This document shows positions 26,169-33,958 of a stretch of 64,000 nt of DNA, piece by piece. The position numbers and the translations under genes were made by a program. The DNA is from Vicinamibacterales bacterium. GTDB lineage: Bacteria > Acidobacteriota > Vicinamibacteria > Vicinamibacterales > UBA8438. Below the pieces are notes generated by a model that saw only the letters and a program-made list of their open reading frames with translations, was not told where the DNA came from and made no database searches. Within the stretch, counting starts at the first letter, position 1. Each line of letters begins with the position of its first letter. Where the stretch lies: assembly GCA_965216615.1 (NCBI GenBank), contig CBDCGH010000014.1, positions 24,369 to 88,368 of the forward strand, given 5' to 3'.

Positions 26169-27296
26169 TCCAGACGTTGGTGACAGCAGCCGAATTCGGT
26201 GCGCCTCGCTGTCGCCAACGAGCAGTCCACCGTCGGCCTCGCGAAGACCCCGTGCGGGCGACTCAGCTTGCAGGCGAGTGGGTCCGGCTCGGGCCGTATC
26301 AGGACCGTCGACACCGGTGGCGTAGACTTCGCGTCGTGGTTCTCGGTATCGGCGGTAGAGTCGATCGCGGTAGGCGAGTCCTTTAGGGCCGGCGAGGGTG
26401 GCTTGCGTGGCCGCGCCGCCGTCCCCGGTGTAGCCCTGTTCGCCGGTGCCCGCAACATGGTGAATCGTCTCCGTGTCGAGGTCGATCCGGACGATCGCAT
26501 TCCCCTCCCGTAACGCCAGATATAGCCGCCCGGCTGGGTCGAATGCCATCGAGCGCGGACCGTTCAACGGCGTGCCCTCCAACGGAGCCCCGTCCGGTGT
26601 CGCCTCGCGGGTTCCCGTGCCTGCGAAGGTCTCGATCGTGCCGCTGGAGGGGTCGACCCGGCGGACGCGGTGGTTCCCGATGTCGCAGATCAGGAGTCGC
26701 CCAGAAGGATCGAACGCGATGCTGTGGGGGGTTCGCAGCAGAGCTGACGCCGCGGGGCCGCCGTCGCCGCTAAAGCCCGCCTGGCCTGTTCCTGCCACGG
26801 TCGAAATCACACCGGTCGCCATATCGACTTTCCGGACCACGTGGCTGTCTCGCTCGACGATGAAAAGGTCACCCTCGGCGTCGAAGAGGATCTCGTGCGG
26901 CATGTTGAGGCTGGCGTCTGTCGCCGGCCCACCATCGCCCTCGTATCCGCGTTCGCCGTTCCCGGCGATGGTCGTCGTCTGGCCGGTGCCGCGATCGAGC
27001 CGTCGGATCCGCTGGTTGTCGAGGTCGCAAAAATAGACGGCTCCATCCGGACCAACGACGACGCCGTATGGGTTGGCGACTTGTTGCTCGGAGAATCCGG
27101 GCTGTCCGGTCCCGATAACGGTCGAGACGACGGCAGACGGCGCGCCGTGACCGCTATACCGTGCCGTCGTGACCCCTGCCAGGCACACGAGGACTAAGGC
27201 GAGATGCGTGAAGGGGTGGTGCGCATACGTGCGGGCTACAGTCGATTCATGTCGGGTCACGACTCTGGATATACGCTCGCCTATCAAGCATGTCAA
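26166..27296 (-). CDS. NHL-repeat beta-propeller protein with frame-scrambled final blades
   Basis: Repeated G.G..G..GDGGPA....L..P..i..d..G.l...D..n.r(I/V)R... units are present. The start is uncertain (TTG at 27296 or a GTG near 27260). In the last ~45 codons the NHL consensus residues (ADTENH, PEPDPLACKLSRPHGVFA) are encoded in a different frame. Confidence 0.7.
   Translation of the reverse strand: MTCLIGERISRVVTRHESTVARTYAHHPFTHLALVLVCLAGVTTARYSGHGAPSAVVSTVIGTGQPGFSEQQVANPYGVVVGPDGAVYFCDLDNQRIRRLDRGTGQTTTIAGNGERGYEGDGGPATDASLNMPHEILFDAEGDLFIVERDSHVVRKVDMATGVISTVAGTGQAGFSGDGGPAASALLRTPHSIAFDPSGRLLICDIGNHRVRRVDPSSGTIETFAGTGTREATPDGAPLEGTPLNGPRSMAFDPAGRLYLALREGNAIVRIDLDTETIHHVAGTGEQGYTGDGGAATQATLAGPKGLAYRDRLYRRYREPRREVYATGVDGPDTARAGPTRLQAESPARGLREADGGLLVGDSEAHRIRLLSPTSG
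26176..26316. repeat. direct repeat copy 2 (resident NHL gene 3' end)
   Basis: See copy 1. Relative to copy 1 this copy lacks 1+1+17+5 = 24 nt. Confidence 0.85.
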
Positions 27297-27424
27297 GGTA
27301 CGCCTCGAGCGTTAGCCTGAGTTGCCTGACGCAGACGCCTGTTGTAGGCTAAGCTCCGCTTGAGAGCTGTTGGCGTGATGTAGATGCGCTCGCCGACGTT
27401 AAGGTAACGGGGAGGGAGTCAATA

Positions 27425-27952
27425 ATGCGGGTGTTCAACGTTGTTGTCGCGTTGCTTGTCGTCGCCGGAGTCGCACAGGCTCAGGCGCCGTCGCGCCAGC
27501 CCACCGGGACCTTAGCCCAAGTGATGCGGGGCATCTTCTTCCCCAACTCGAACATCATCTTCGATGTTCAGGCGCGCGACCCGGACGCACCGCCCGAAGA
27601 TACTGGCGGGGACTCCACGACCGCACGGTTTTCGAGCATCTACACCGGATGGCCGGTCGTCGAGAACGCCGCGATCGCGCTCGCCGAGGGTGCGAATCTG
27701 ATCACCGTCGTTGGCCGAGTCTGCGAGAACGGCCGGCGGGTTCCGCTGGCAGATGCTGAGTTCGTGAAGTATGCCGGCGAGATGGAAGCCGCCGGGCGCG
27801 CCGTCCTCGAGATCGCCAGGACCAAGGACCGCGAGGCGATGGTCGAGGCGACAAACACGCTTGCTGGGGCCTGCGAGAACTGCCACACCGTCTATCGTCG
27901 GTACCCTGAAGAGAACCGCTGCCAGCTACCGGTCCCGCCCCCTGAGCAGTAG
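27425..27952 (+). CDS. class II (cytochrome c'-like) c-type cytochrome, exported
   Basis: GGGAGGGAG SD, signal peptide MRVFNVVVALLVVAGVAQA, and a single C-terminal CENCH heme-binding motif. It is a paralog of 8403-8907. Confidence 0.6.
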   Translation: MRVFNVVVALLVVAGVAQAQAPSRQPTGTLAQVMRGIFFPNSNIIFDVQARDPDAPPEDTGGDSTTARFSSIYTGWPVVENAAIALAEGANLITVVGRVCENGRRVPLADAEFVKYAGEMEAAGRAVLEIARTKDREAMVEATNTLAGACENCHTVYRRYPEENRCQLPVPPPEQ

Positions 27953-27991
27953 CCGAGACGGCCGAACACGAGAACACGGAGCAAGGAGCGG

Positions 27992-28528
27992 ATGCCGGGA
28001 CGGAGTCTCTTTGAGTGGGTTGACGCGTGGCCCAGTAGCATCGCGCTTCGGGAGTCCCTGAACGCGTATCCGATCCTGCTGACCCTGCACGTCGTGAGCA
28101 TGGCGGTCTTTGCGGGTCTGATCATGCTCTGGGACATGCGGCTCGTTGGCATTTCGCTCAAGCCGGTCCCGGTCTCGCGGTTGGCGAAGTTCGATTTTCC
28201 CTTCTTCCCATGGTCAATCGTCGGGTTTGTCGTGAGTAGCGTCACGGGCTTACTGCTGGTCTACAGTCAGCCGATGCGCTACTTCGACAACTTCTACTTT
28301 TGGATCAAGATGGGTCTCTTGGGGCTGGCCGGCGTGAACGCGATGGTGTTCCACGTCACGACGATGCACAACGTCGAAGACTGGGAGAATAACTTCCCGA
28401 CGCCGCGCAATGCGCGCATCGCTGGAATCGCCTCGCTTGCGCTCTGGGCAGGTATCATCGCCACAGGAAGGCTGACCGCCTATAGCGGACTCGTTCCAGA
28501 TTGGTGGATCGCGATGAACGCGCAGTAG
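27992..28528 (+). CDS. integral membrane protein of unknown function (possibly DUF6644-like)
   Basis: Four or five hydrophobic spans. It shares ...YPILLTLHVVSMAVFAGLIMLWDMRLVG with its neighbour. Confidence 0.5.
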   Translation: MPGRSLFEWVDAWPSSIALRESLNAYPILLTLHVVSMAVFAGLIMLWDMRLVGISLKPVPVSRLAKFDFPFFPWSIVGFVVSSVTGLLLVYSQPMRYFDNFYFWIKMGLLGLAGVNAMVFHVTTMHNVEDWENNFPTPRNARIAGIASLALWAGIIATGRLTAYSGLVPDWWIAMNAQ

Positions 28529-28546
28529 AGGAAGGATCCGCACACC

Positions 28547-29029
28547 ATGTCAGCATTGCTGCCCTTCTTTCAGTGGATGGGAACGCATCCCATCAGCGTC
28601 TACTTTCTCGAGAACACCTGGGCGACGCCGATCATTCAATGTATTCATCTCGTGACGGTCGCGATCTTCGCCGGCGCGGTGCTGGTCGTCGACATGCGGA
28701 TGCTGGGCGGGGGATTGATCAAGACGCCGCTGTCGAAGTTGGCGCGTGACGTCGAGCCGTGGCTGATTTGGTCGTTCGTCGTACTGGCTGTGACCGGTAT
28801 CCCGCAGCTGATGTCGACTGCGCTCAAGCAGTACTACAGCCCCTTCTTCTGGTGGAAGATGGAAGCGATGCTGTTCGCGGTCATCTTGACCTTCACCGTC
28901 CGGCGCCGGATTACGCGAATGGATGATTCGGTGCTGGGCACCTTCTGGCCCAGAGTCGTGGCGCTGGTATCGCTGTCCCTTTGGACGGCGGTGACGATCG
29001 GCGCGCGATTGATCGGCCTCCTGTCCTAG
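28547..29029 (+). CDS. integral membrane protein, paralog of 27992-28528
   Basis: TPIIQCIHLVTVAIFAGAVLVVDMRMLG aligns with the upstream gene. Confidence 0.5.
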   Translation: MSALLPFFQWMGTHPISVYFLENTWATPIIQCIHLVTVAIFAGAVLVVDMRMLGGGLIKTPLSKLARDVEPWLIWSFVVLAVTGIPQLMSTALKQYYSPFFWWKMEAMLFAVILTFTVRRRITRMDDSVLGTFWPRVVALVSLSLWTAVTIGARLIGLLS

Positions 29030-29058
29030 TAGTAGACCCGTCGGTCAGCGGGCCGCAG

Positions 29059-30090
29059 CTATCCGCAGACGTCGCCGAGGAAGCCGCCGCCGCCGCAGTA
29101 GTTGGCGTCCTGAAGCTGGATGCTGATCCCGTCGGGATCGGTGAAGTACAGCTCGGGCGTGCCCCCGGGAGCCCCACCGCGATCCTCCATCCGCATCGCC
29201 ATATTTGATTGGAGCGGGCCGGCCGGGCCTGAGCCGTTGCCTCGCGGCGTAATTCCGAACTCCTCGAGCGTGGCGATGACACGGTCCAGCTCGAAGTTCT
29301 CGATTGTCAGGCAGGCGTGGTGAATCCGTGGTCCAGGCCCACTAGCACCACCGCCGGCCAGCGCAATGAACTGGTTAGGCGCCCCGGCAGACAGGAGCGG
29401 CATGGCCCCTTGGTAGATCTGGACCGGCATGCCGAACAGGGTCTGATAGAAACCGAACGATTGATCGGCATCTGAGACGAAGAGGGTGAAGTGGTTGTAC
29501 TCGCGAACCTTCAAGAGTCCGCTGGTCGGGGATGCCTCGACGGGCGAGCGGCACTCGCCCAGCACGCCCTCCCCGCCGCAGTAGGTCGCGTCTTGGAGCT
29601 GCACCACAATGCCGTCCGGGTCACTGAGATACAGCTCTGGCGTCCCCTCTGGCGCACCGCCGAAGTCGTCGCCGCGCATCCGGACGCGAACATTGAGCGG
29701 GCGGCCGTGGAGCCGTCCGGACTCGGGAGCGACAGACTGCAGGCCGTGCTCGTGAAGCTTCCGCACGAGCGCGTCAACGTCAAATCCTTCGACCATCAGA
29801 CAGAGGTGGTCGATGCGAGGCGTCGCGTTCCGCGCGCCGCCGCTCAAGGCGATGAACTGTGGGCCATCTCCGACGCGCAAGACGGGCGTCGACGCCTGCC
29901 ACGCCTGAATCGGCATACCGAAGAGTCCCTGATAGAACTCGAGGGAGCGCTGCACGTCCGAGACCGTGAGCGTCATGTGATTGATACCGACCACAGGGAT
30001 GGGCGGCGGCGTCGATTGGGCCAGGCCACGAGGGGCGGCGACATACGCGCTCATAGTGGTAAGAAAGGTCCGACGGGTAAGCGCAGACAT
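29059..30090 (-). CDS. Tat-exported tandem VOC (glyoxalase/dioxygenase) family protein
   Basis: Twin-arginine signal MSALTRRTFLTTMSAYVAAPRGLAQ. Two VOC modules start at GINHMTLTVSD and YNHFTLFVSD. Confidence 0.7.
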   Translation of the reverse strand: MSALTRRTFLTTMSAYVAAPRGLAQSTPPPIPVVGINHMTLTVSDVQRSLEFYQGLFGMPIQAWQASTPVLRVGDGPQFIALSGGARNATPRIDHLCLMVEGFDVDALVRKLHEHGLQSVAPESGRLHGRPLNVRVRMRGDDFGGAPEGTPELYLSDPDGIVVQLQDATYCGGEGVLGECRSPVEASPTSGLLKVREYNHFTLFVSDADQSFGFYQTLFGMPVQIYQGAMPLLSAGAPNQFIALAGGGASGPGPRIHHACLTIENFELDRVIATLEEFGITPRGNGSGPAGPLQSNMAMRMEDRGGAPGGTPELYFTDPDGISIQLQDANYCGGGGFLGDVCG

Positions 30091-30099
30091 CCGGGAGTC

Positions 30100-31467
30100 C
30101 TAGACGCCCGACAGTGGCGACATATCGAGTCGCTCGGTGCCGTCGCCGAGGGTCTCAGCCGAGACACCGGCCTTGTCTAGGACACTGAGCAGGAGATTGG
30201 CCATCGGTGTGTCCTTCTCCGTGTCGTAGGCCAGGTGGCGGTTGCCCTGGAGCCGGCCGCCCCCCCCACCCGCCACCAAGCAGGGCAGGTTGGTGTGCTC
30301 ATGGAGGTTCCCGTTCCCGATGCCACCGCCGTACACGATCATCGAGTGATCCAGCAGCGTCCCATCGCCATCGGGCGTCTGGCGCAATTTTTCCAGGAAG
30401 TACGCGAGCAATGAGACGTGGTATGTATCGATTTTCGCCTTCCGCGCCATGTAGTCCGGGTCGTTGCGATGGTGTGAGACGGTATGGTGCTGGTCGGCGA
30501 CACCGATTTGCGGATAGGTCCGCGGGCTGGCCTCTCGAGCCATCATCAGCGAGAAGACGCGCGTGATATCAGCCTGGTAGGCGAGGGCCTGCAGGTCAAA
30601 CATCAGCTTGGCATGCTCCCCGAAACTCTCGGGGATATCGATCGGTCGGTCCGGGAGCTCGACGAGCTCCTCGTCCCCGCGTGACTCAGCTCGCTGAATG
30701 CGTTGTTCGAGGTCACGCACCGAGTCGAGATACTCCGTGAGCTTGGTGCGGTCTTGGGGGCCGAGTGTGCGTTCCAGGCTAAGGACCTCCTGCGTGACGG
30801 AATCGAGAATGCTCCCGGTTTGACGGACCTGAGCGAGCCGATCGGAGGCGCTTCCCCCGTCGCCGAACAGACGCTCAAAGACGACACGAGGGTGTGGCTC
30901 CATGGGCAGGGGCGTCGTGGGGTTCAGCCAGGAGATCGTGTTCGAGTAGAAGCAGTCGCCGGTATCGCAGGCGATGGCCGTTGGGGCTTCCAACACGAGC
31001 TCGAGCGAGGGGAGAGGCGTCTCCCGTCCAAGCTCCCGAGCGGCGAGCTGGTCCGCCGTCGTTCCCAGCTTGATATCGGTTGGACCCTGTCGACCGCGTC
31101 GTTCCCACGCATGCACGCCGCTCAGCCATACGGCGGTGGCCCGCGGGTGATCCCCGTTTCCATCGCCAAACGAGTCGGCCTGGCGATGGGCGAGTCCGCT
31201 CAGTACGAGTAGCCTGTCACGAAATGACTCGAGCGGACTCAGGATTGGAGAGAGATCGAAGCCGCGACCGGTGGTAGGCGGCACCCATTGCGGCTGGATG
31301 ACGCCGTTTGGGACGTAGATGAACCCAAGGCGACGGATCGGGTTCGCTGCGGTCTTCGCCAGCGCCGAGGCGGCCGGTACCATCGCGTCCAGCAGGGGCA
31401 ACGCGAGGGTTGCCCCGATTCCGCGCAGGAACGTGCGTCGTGGAAGGGCCTTCTTGGTGATGATCAT
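30100..31467 (-). CDS. DUF1552 (HXXSHH) family protein with a Tat signal, copy A
   Basis: MIITKKALPRRTFLRGIGATLALPLLDAM and the HHTVSHH motif. Its ATG overlaps the upstream stop (ATGA). Confidence 0.8.
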   Translation of the reverse strand: MIITKKALPRRTFLRGIGATLALPLLDAMVPAASALAKTAANPIRRLGFIYVPNGVIQPQWVPPTTGRGFDLSPILSPLESFRDRLLVLSGLAHRQADSFGDGNGDHPRATAVWLSGVHAWERRGRQGPTDIKLGTTADQLAARELGRETPLPSLELVLEAPTAIACDTGDCFYSNTISWLNPTTPLPMEPHPRVVFERLFGDGGSASDRLAQVRQTGSILDSVTQEVLSLERTLGPQDRTKLTEYLDSVRDLEQRIQRAESRGDEELVELPDRPIDIPESFGEHAKLMFDLQALAYQADITRVFSLMMAREASPRTYPQIGVADQHHTVSHHRNDPDYMARKAKIDTYHVSLLAYFLEKLRQTPDGDGTLLDHSMIVYGGGIGNGNLHEHTNLPCLVAGGGGGRLQGNRHLAYDTEKDTPMANLLLSVLDKAGVSAETLGDGTERLDMSPLSGV

Positions 31468-33869
31468 GATTGGGACTGCCTCATCTGGAACGGTTGGCTG
31501 CGGACGATACCGAGCACAATCGAGGAAAAACGGTAGTCCTCCTGTGCGGCATCTCGCGCGATCGCCCGGACGGTAGGCGCGTCGAAGTGCTCGATTCCAC
31601 GGCCGAGCGCGTACATCAGGAGTTTCTCGGAAAGGGTGGCGACAAATCGATCGGGTTTATCGGCGATCGAGCGGAGAAGGGCGACTGGGCCATCGAGTTT
31701 CGTGCCATCAGGAAGCTCAGCCGACGCATCGATTGGTGCCCTCGAGCCGTCGGTCGTCCGCCATCGTCCGATCGCGTCATAATTCTCGAGCGCAAACCCC
31801 AGCGGATCCATGAGGCGGTGACAGCTCGCACAGGCTGGGTTGCTCCGGTGCAATTCCATCGCCTCACGCATGGACCGCGGCTCGCCGCTCTCGGTCCGCT
31901 CATCGAGCGATGGTACGTCCGGCGGCGGCGGCGGCGGCGGAGACGCAAGCAGGTTCTCGAGGATCCACTTGCCTCGCAGGACCGGGGATGTCCGCGTGGC
32001 GTACGACGTGAGGGTCAGGATACTCCCATGGCTGAGGAGTCCGCGGCGGGGCGTTTCGTGCATCGAGACCCGCCGGAAGTGACTGCCGTAGATGTGAGGT
32101 ACGCCGTAGTGCCTGGCCAGCCGCTCGTTGAGATACGTGTAGTCGGCGGTGAGCAGGTCGAGGACACTGCGGTCCTCGCGCAGCACGCTGGTGAGGAACA
32201 ACTCGGTCTCTCGCTGGAACGCCTGCCGCAGGTTCTCGTCGAAGCCGGGGTAGAACCCCGGGTCGGGTTCCTTCGCATCGACGTCGCGTAGAAACAGCCA
32301 CTGGGCGGCGAAGTTCTTGACGAGCGCCTCTGCCTTGGGATCGGCGAGCATCCGCCGAACTTGCCCGTTCAGGACGTCCGGCGCTTGCAGTCTGCCGTCA
32401 ATGGCGGCATCCAGGAGCTCGTCGTCAGGAATACTGCTCCAAAGGAAGAAGGACAGCCGCGACGCCAGCTCGAGGTCGGCGATGTCGTATGGCGAACCAG
32501 CTGCGATTCCGCCCGGCTCGCGTTCGATCCGGAAAAGAAACGCCGGGCTGACGAGGATTCGCTCGATCGCGCGCTGGATTCCGCGCTCGAAGCCTCCCTC
32601 GACGACGCCCTGTTCGTAAAAGGGCCGGAGTCGCTCGAGATCGCCATCTGTGATCGGACGTCGATACGCACGCCGGGCAAGCGTGGAGATGATCGTGGTC
32701 GCACACGCACCCGCGGTGACGGGTGACGCGTCGGCCCCTGGATCACACACGAAGATCCGCCGGCGGCTCGGTGTGTCACCGGATCCGTCGGCGCCGAACG
32801 GCCCGCTTACGACCACGCTGGATAGCGCGGGAAGGCCGCCACGGGTGCGCCGAGCGCGTCGAACCAGCCCTTCGGATTGAGCGCCACTCTTCGGGAGAAA
32901 CGCGACGGCGATCTCCCGCGGACCGGCTCGAAGTGGCACACGAACCTGAACATCGGGGTCCGAAGCGAAGGTGAACACGCCGCTGGCGAGGCGTTCGGGC
33001 GGGTTCTCGCCGACTGTGAAGGTCTCCATGCGCCGTCCATCGACGCTCAGCTCGAGTTCGTGGGGCTCTCGCGCCGCCCCGGCGAACCCGATGGTGACGA
33101 CGTACTCCCCATCCAGCGGGAGGTGGCTGCGAATGCGCATGCCTCCACGCGTGCCGAGGGGTAACCCATCAAGGTGGCCGTCTTGAACCAGCTCGTTGTC
33201 AAGCTGATACGTATCGACAATCGGCAGCATCGTGCGATCCCCAACCGCGAGACGGCTGATCTTGCGAGCTGCGCCCAGATACCGCTCCATCAAGGTGGGC
33301 GAGACGAACAGGAGGTCGGCCAGGTTATCGAATCCGCTTGTCGCGTTGTCGCCCGGCAGAAGTACCGAGATATCGAGCTCCCGCGGCAGATCGTTGAGCG
33401 CGAGGAGATCACGGATCGCGTTCTGATACTCCGTTCGGCTCAACCGGTGCAACGCTGGCTGACGCCCGGAATTCGGATTTGCGGCGGCTGCGCGGTCGAG
33501 CTTTGACTCCAGCCACGAGGCCACCAGATCATTCGTCGCGTCATCTGGCCGCGGCCGGCCGGCAGGCGGCATCGTGCCGTTCCGGAGCCGTTGGACGACG
33601 CGTTCCCATTCAGCGGGGTCTGCGCCGACGTCGTCCGGGTTGAGGCGATCGAGGGCCAGTCCGGTCGCTCGGATCTGGGCGACGAGCGGAGTCGGCGCTT
33701 GGCCGGCGCCGGCGACGACCTTCTCGCTATGGCAGGTGACGCAGTATTGATCGAGAAACGCGCGCGGCGAGTCCGACGAGGATCGTCGAGCCTGCTGAGC
33801 GTACGCAGACCCGGGGCCAAGAGGCGCCATCAGAAAGGCCACCGAGGCGTACCACACCCAGCGTGTCAT
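31464..33869 (-). CDS. DUF1592/DUF1595/DUF1587/DUF1588/DUF1585-type multidomain c-type cytochrome, copy A
   Basis: Signal peptide from the M at 33869. N-terminal DQYCVTCHS and C-terminal NPACASCHRLMDPLGFALENYDAIGRWR, typical of this planctomycete/acidobacterial family. Confidence 0.8.
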   Translation of the reverse strand: MTRWVWYASVAFLMAPLGPGSAYAQQARRSSSDSPRAFLDQYCVTCHSEKVVAGAGQAPTPLVAQIRATGLALDRLNPDDVGADPAEWERVVQRLRNGTMPPAGRPRPDDATNDLVASWLESKLDRAAAANPNSGRQPALHRLSRTEYQNAIRDLLALNDLPRELDISVLLPGDNATSGFDNLADLLFVSPTLMERYLGAARKISRLAVGDRTMLPIVDTYQLDNELVQDGHLDGLPLGTRGGMRIRSHLPLDGEYVVTIGFAGAAREPHELELSVDGRRMETFTVGENPPERLASGVFTFASDPDVQVRVPLRAGPREIAVAFLPKSGAQSEGLVRRARRTRGGLPALSSVVVSGPFGADGSGDTPSRRRIFVCDPGADASPVTAGACATTIISTLARRAYRRPITDGDLERLRPFYEQGVVEGGFERGIQRAIERILVSPAFLFRIEREPGGIAAGSPYDIADLELASRLSFFLWSSIPDDELLDAAIDGRLQAPDVLNGQVRRMLADPKAEALVKNFAAQWLFLRDVDAKEPDPGFYPGFDENLRQAFQRETELFLTSVLREDRSVLDLLTADYTYLNERLARHYGVPHIYGSHFRRVSMHETPRRGLLSHGSILTLTSYATRTSPVLRGKWILENLLASPPPPPPPDVPSLDERTESGEPRSMREAMELHRSNPACASCHRLMDPLGFALENYDAIGRWRTTDGSRAPIDASAELPDGTKLDGPVALLRSIADKPDRFVATLSEKLLMYALGRGIEHFDAPTVRAIARDAAQEDYRFSSIVLGIVRSQPFQMRQSQS

Positions 33870-33903
33870 TACCCAAACTGACTTGTACGCCGCATCTTCG
33901 GCG

Positions 33904-33932
33904 TTGTCAACCTCACGTCCACGGGGTAGCAT
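33904..33932 (+). promoter_or_regulatory. candidate promoter TTGTCA-N17-TAGCAT for ankyrin operon A, conserved with 41696-41724
   Basis: TTGTCAAC-N13-GGTAGCATT occurs at the equivalent place upstream of both ankyrin genes. The opposite strand of the same core reads TTGACA. Confidence 0.55.
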
Positions 33933-33958
33933 TTTCCGTGGTTGGAGACTGCCTGCCC

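Noticed and set aside
27369-27380. 12-nt identity TTGGCGTGATGT shared with 41676-41687 as a possible regulatory motif
   Set aside because: Chance 12-mer matches are expected many times over in 64 kb searched on both strands. The match has no positional or contextual support.
31921-31941. (CGG)x7 trinucleotide repeat, plus the PTQPTQ-coding 9-bp repeat at 25551-25568
   Set aside because: Both are in-frame coding low-complexity tracts (poly-Pro linker PPPPPPP, PTQ linker). They are not CRISPR or regulatory arrays. The window contains no repeat-spacer structure.
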